32,000 nt of DNA from contig NZ_LT906458.1 in the NCBI RefSeq assembly GCF_900187275.1, positions 1,230,001 through 1,262,000 on the forward strand, read 5' to 3'. The position numbers and the translations under genes were made by a program. Numbering within the stretch: the stretch's first letter is position 1; the number at the start of each line of letters is the position of its first letter. This document shows, in pieces, positions 29,597 through 32,000 of this stretch. The notes beneath the pieces were generated by a model, which saw nothing but the letters and a program-made list of their open reading frames with translations, was not told the origin of the DNA and ran no database searches. This stretch comes from Pasteurella multocida. Its GTDB lineage: Bacteria > Pseudomonadota > Gammaproteobacteria > Enterobacterales > Pasteurellaceae.

Positions 29597-30753
29597 TGAA
29601 AATTTCAGCATTTAACTGGCTTGCTTTAAGCTTCTTTGGGTATTTTTGTGCTTATGGCGTGTTCGTGCCTTTCTTTCCTGTCTGGCTAAAATCACAAGCC
29701 TATGGGGAAGAGTTAATAGGTTTAGTGATTGCCAGTTCTTATGTCTTTCGCTTTATCGGTGGTATCTTCTTTTCCAGTTTAGTGAAAAAAGCCTCACAAT
29801 TAATTTATGCCCTACGTTATCTGGCTTGGATAAGCTGTTTGATTGTCTTCAGCATGAGTTTGATGACCCAAAACTTTTGGTTACTATTTATTGCCATTGC
29901 CTTGTTTGCAATGGTCAATGCGGCAGGTATGCCAATCAGTGATACGTTAGCCAGCATCTGGCAACAACAAATCAATCTCGATTATGGCAAAGCACGCTTA
30001 ATTGGTTCCTTTGCTTTTGTCGTCGGCGTAGTCGTATTTGGTTATGTAATTGGTTTCATTGGCGAACACAATATTGTTTGGATTTTAACCGCACTTTTAG
30101 CCCTCTATGCAGTGCTACAAATGACAACACCTATGCCTGCGCCGACAGATCAACAAAGTGCGGTTGAAAATAACATTACATTTAAAGCGTTACTAAAAAA
30201 TCAAACAACTTTACGTTTGATTATCGCGATCTCCTTAATTCAAGGTTCTCATGCCACTTACTATGCTTACAGTGTCCTCTATTGGACGAGCTTGGGGATT
30301 TCAGTGCAAACAACCAGTTTACTGTGGGGCTTAAGTGTGATCGCGGAAATGTTGCTCTTTTTCTTTTCAACAAAGCTCTTCCGCACATGGAAAGTCAGTG
30401 CGTTATTTTACCTCTCTGCGATTGCAACGGTAATTCGTTGGGCGGCGTTGAGCATCGCGACAGAAGTTTGGAGCTTAACCTTAATTCAAACCTTACACAG
30501 TTTGACTTATGCGGTCAGTCACTATGCCATTATTCGTTATTTTACGACCCAGCCTATTCAGCATATTGCTAAATTACAAGGGCTGTATAATGGGATTTCA
30601 GGTTGTGCCGCAGTCGCATTATTAACAGCCTTATCTGGCTTGTTATACCCTGTTTCTCCCACAATTACGTTCCTTGCGATGACAAGTGTCGCAGCTTTGG
30701 CATTCGTCGTGATTCCACGTAAAGTCGATGCCTTTTTACTTAAACGGTGCTAA
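29596..30753 (+). CDS. MFS transporter, HcaT/PPP-family-like
   Basis: Start taken at [31 protein letters not shown] (ORF track extends to 29557). About 12 hydrophobic segments; TAATG overlap with proC stop. Confidence 0.85.
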   Translation: MKISAFNWLALSFFGYFCAYGVFVPFFPVWLKSQAYGEELIGLVIASSYVFRFIGGIFFSSLVKKASQLIYALRYLAWISCLIVFSMSLMTQNFWLLFIAIALFAMVNAAGMPISDTLASIWQQQINLDYGKARLIGSFAFVVGVVVFGYVIGFIGEHNIVWILTALLALYAVLQMTTPMPAPTDQQSAVENNITFKALLKNQTTLRLIIAISLIQGSHATYYAYSVLYWTSLGISVQTTSLLWGLSVIAEMLLFFFSTKLFRTWKVSALFYLSAIATVIRWAALSIATEVWSLTLIQTLHSLTYAVSHYAIIRYFTTQPIQHIAKLQGLYNGISGCAAVALLTALSGLLYPVSPTITFLAMTSVAALAFVVIPRKVDAFLLKRC

Positions 30754-30755
30754 AC

Positions 30756-31649
30756 ATGAAAGATTCCGCGTTAATTGAGCTTTTTCTAAATGAAATTTGG
30801 ATCGAAAAGCAACTCTCGCAAAATACGATTGCCTCTTATCGCTTAGATTTGACTGCACTCATTCAATGGCTAGAAAAACAACAATTAACGCTTATCAATC
30901 TGGATGCCATCGACTTACAAACATTTCTAGGTGAACGCTTAAACCAAGGCTACAAAGCCACCAGCACAGCTCGCCTACTCAGTGCAATGCGAAAATTATT
31001 TCAATACTTATACCGCGAAAAATACCGCACAGATGATCCCAGTGCGGTATTAAGTTCTCCCAAATTACCTAGCCGCTTGCCTAAATACCTAACGGAACAA
31101 CAAGTTACTGATTTACTGAACTCCCCTGATGTCGATATCCCCTTAGAATTACGCGATAAAGCCATGATGGAATTGCTTTATGCAACAGGATTACGGGTCA
31201 CTGAATTAGTGTCATTGACTATTGAAAACATAAATATTAATCAGGGGATTGTACGGGTTGTTGGTAAAGGAAACAAAGAACGGATTGTTCCCATTGGGGA
31301 AGAAGCAACTTATTGGATTCGTCAATTTATGCTATATGGGCGTCCTTTTTTATTGCATGGACAAAGCTCAGATGTCGTCTTCCCAAGTAAAAGAGCGCTA
31401 CAAATGACACGCCAAACCTTTTGGCACCGTATTAAACATTATGCACTTTTGAGTGACATTGATATCAATAGCTTATCGCCCCATGTACTGCGTCACGCTT
31501 TTGCTACACATTTAGTAAATCATGGTGCGGATTTGCGTGTAGTACAAATGTTACTCGGACACAGCGATTTATCCACAACACAAATTTATACTCACGTTGC
31601 TAAAGAGCGTTTAAAACATTTACATGAACGCTACCATCCAAGGGGCTAA
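30756..31649 (+). CDS. xerD: Site-specific tyrosine recombinase XerD
   Basis: Start at MKDSALIELFLNEIWIEKQLSQNTIASYRLDL; catalytic HVLRHAFATHLVNHGADLRVVQMLLGHSDLSTTQIYTHV. Confidence 0.95.
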   Translation: MKDSALIELFLNEIWIEKQLSQNTIASYRLDLTALIQWLEKQQLTLINLDAIDLQTFLGERLNQGYKATSTARLLSAMRKLFQYLYREKYRTDDPSAVLSSPKLPSRLPKYLTEQQVTDLLNSPDVDIPLELRDKAMMELLYATGLRVTELVSLTIENININQGIVRVVGKGNKERIVPIGEEATYWIRQFMLYGRPFLLHGQSSDVVFPSKRALQMTRQTFWHRIKHYALLSDIDINSLSPHVLRHAFATHLVNHGADLRVVQMLLGHSDLSTTQIYTHVAKERLKHLHERYHPRG

Positions 31650-31663
31650 CATCAAGCATAAAA

Positions 31664-31690
31664 AAAACTGCATCACAAGGATGCAGTTTT
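31664..31690. terminator. Terminator between convergent xerD and ribosome-associated factor gene
   Basis: AAAACTGCAT (31664-31673) / ATGCAGTTTT (31681-31690). Confidence 0.8.
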
Positions 31691-31707
31691 AACGTTGGAT
31701 AACAGGA

Positions 31708-32000
31708 TTAGAAAGAATCTTTTAAGCGTTCATCGGCACGACGCGCTTCGCCTTTATGTTGTAATTTATTTAACTGACGCTCTAATTTTTCTTCTACTTC
31801 GTTGACGGCTTTATACATATCTTCTGACTCTGCTTTTGCAAACAAATCGCCAAGCGGGGTACCAATCGATGCCTCAACCGAAAAACCTTTTGGTATTTTG
31901 TTTAAAATAAAGTGGGGATTAATTAATTGAGTTTGCCATTTACCTAATTTAGCAAGTCTATCTTCGACGTGAGCACGGATTGCAGGAGTGATTTCCATTT
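31708..32000 (-). CDS. raiA: Ribosome-associated translation inhibitor / hibernation-promoting family protein (N-terminus beyond window)
   Basis: [21 protein letters not shown]...[20 protein letters not shown]...[28 protein letters not shown]. The true start probably lies past 32000. Confidence 0.88.
   Translation of the reverse strand, partial: MEITPAIRAHVEDRLAKLGKWQTQLINPHFILNKIPKGFSVEASIGTPLGDLFAKAESEDMYKAVNEVEEKLERQLNKLQHKGEARRADERLKDSF

Noticed and set aside
30756-31649. XerD as a mobile-element integrase linked to the defence island
   Set aside because: The sequence matches housekeeping XerD and lies 15 kb from the island among core genes.
1-32000. CRISPR array, retron, or diversity-generating retroelement
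   Set aside because: I saw no regularly spaced repeats, reverse transcriptase motifs (such as YxDD in context) or template/variable repeat pairs.

Overview
The window looks like a Pasteurellaceae chromosome (Pasteurella-like; AAGTGCGGT uptake signals occur throughout). Housekeeping blocks are hflK(partial)-PPTase-thrC-thrB-thrA-thrL leader-yggS; DUF72/yecE-like, rnhA/dnaQ, two tandem tRNA-Asp and der; ftsP/sufI, plsC, lpxH, efp/epmB, oapA, a cyclase-family gene, rdgC, proC, an MFS transporter, xerD and a raiA/hpf-family gene (partial). Between yggS and the DUF72 gene (about 7974-15713) is an AT-rich accessory island with two adjacent apparent defence modules. The first is a three-gene ABC-three-component (ABC-3C)-type operon: a candidate nuclease-like effector, a small middle component, and a DUF3732/SMC-like ATPase with a CPLC zinc-hook-like motif. 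The second is a two-gene SIR2-like NADase plus HerA ATPase pair. An unclassified acidic 186-aa protein lies between them. Both architectures belong to known classes, so I do not claim a new system type. The least explained parts are the effector of the three-gene operon, the orphan acidic protein, and possible gene remnants at the module boundaries. I also found a 24-codon thr leader peptide with attenuator, absent from the ORF track, and a compensated acceptor-stem difference between the two tRNA-Asp genes.
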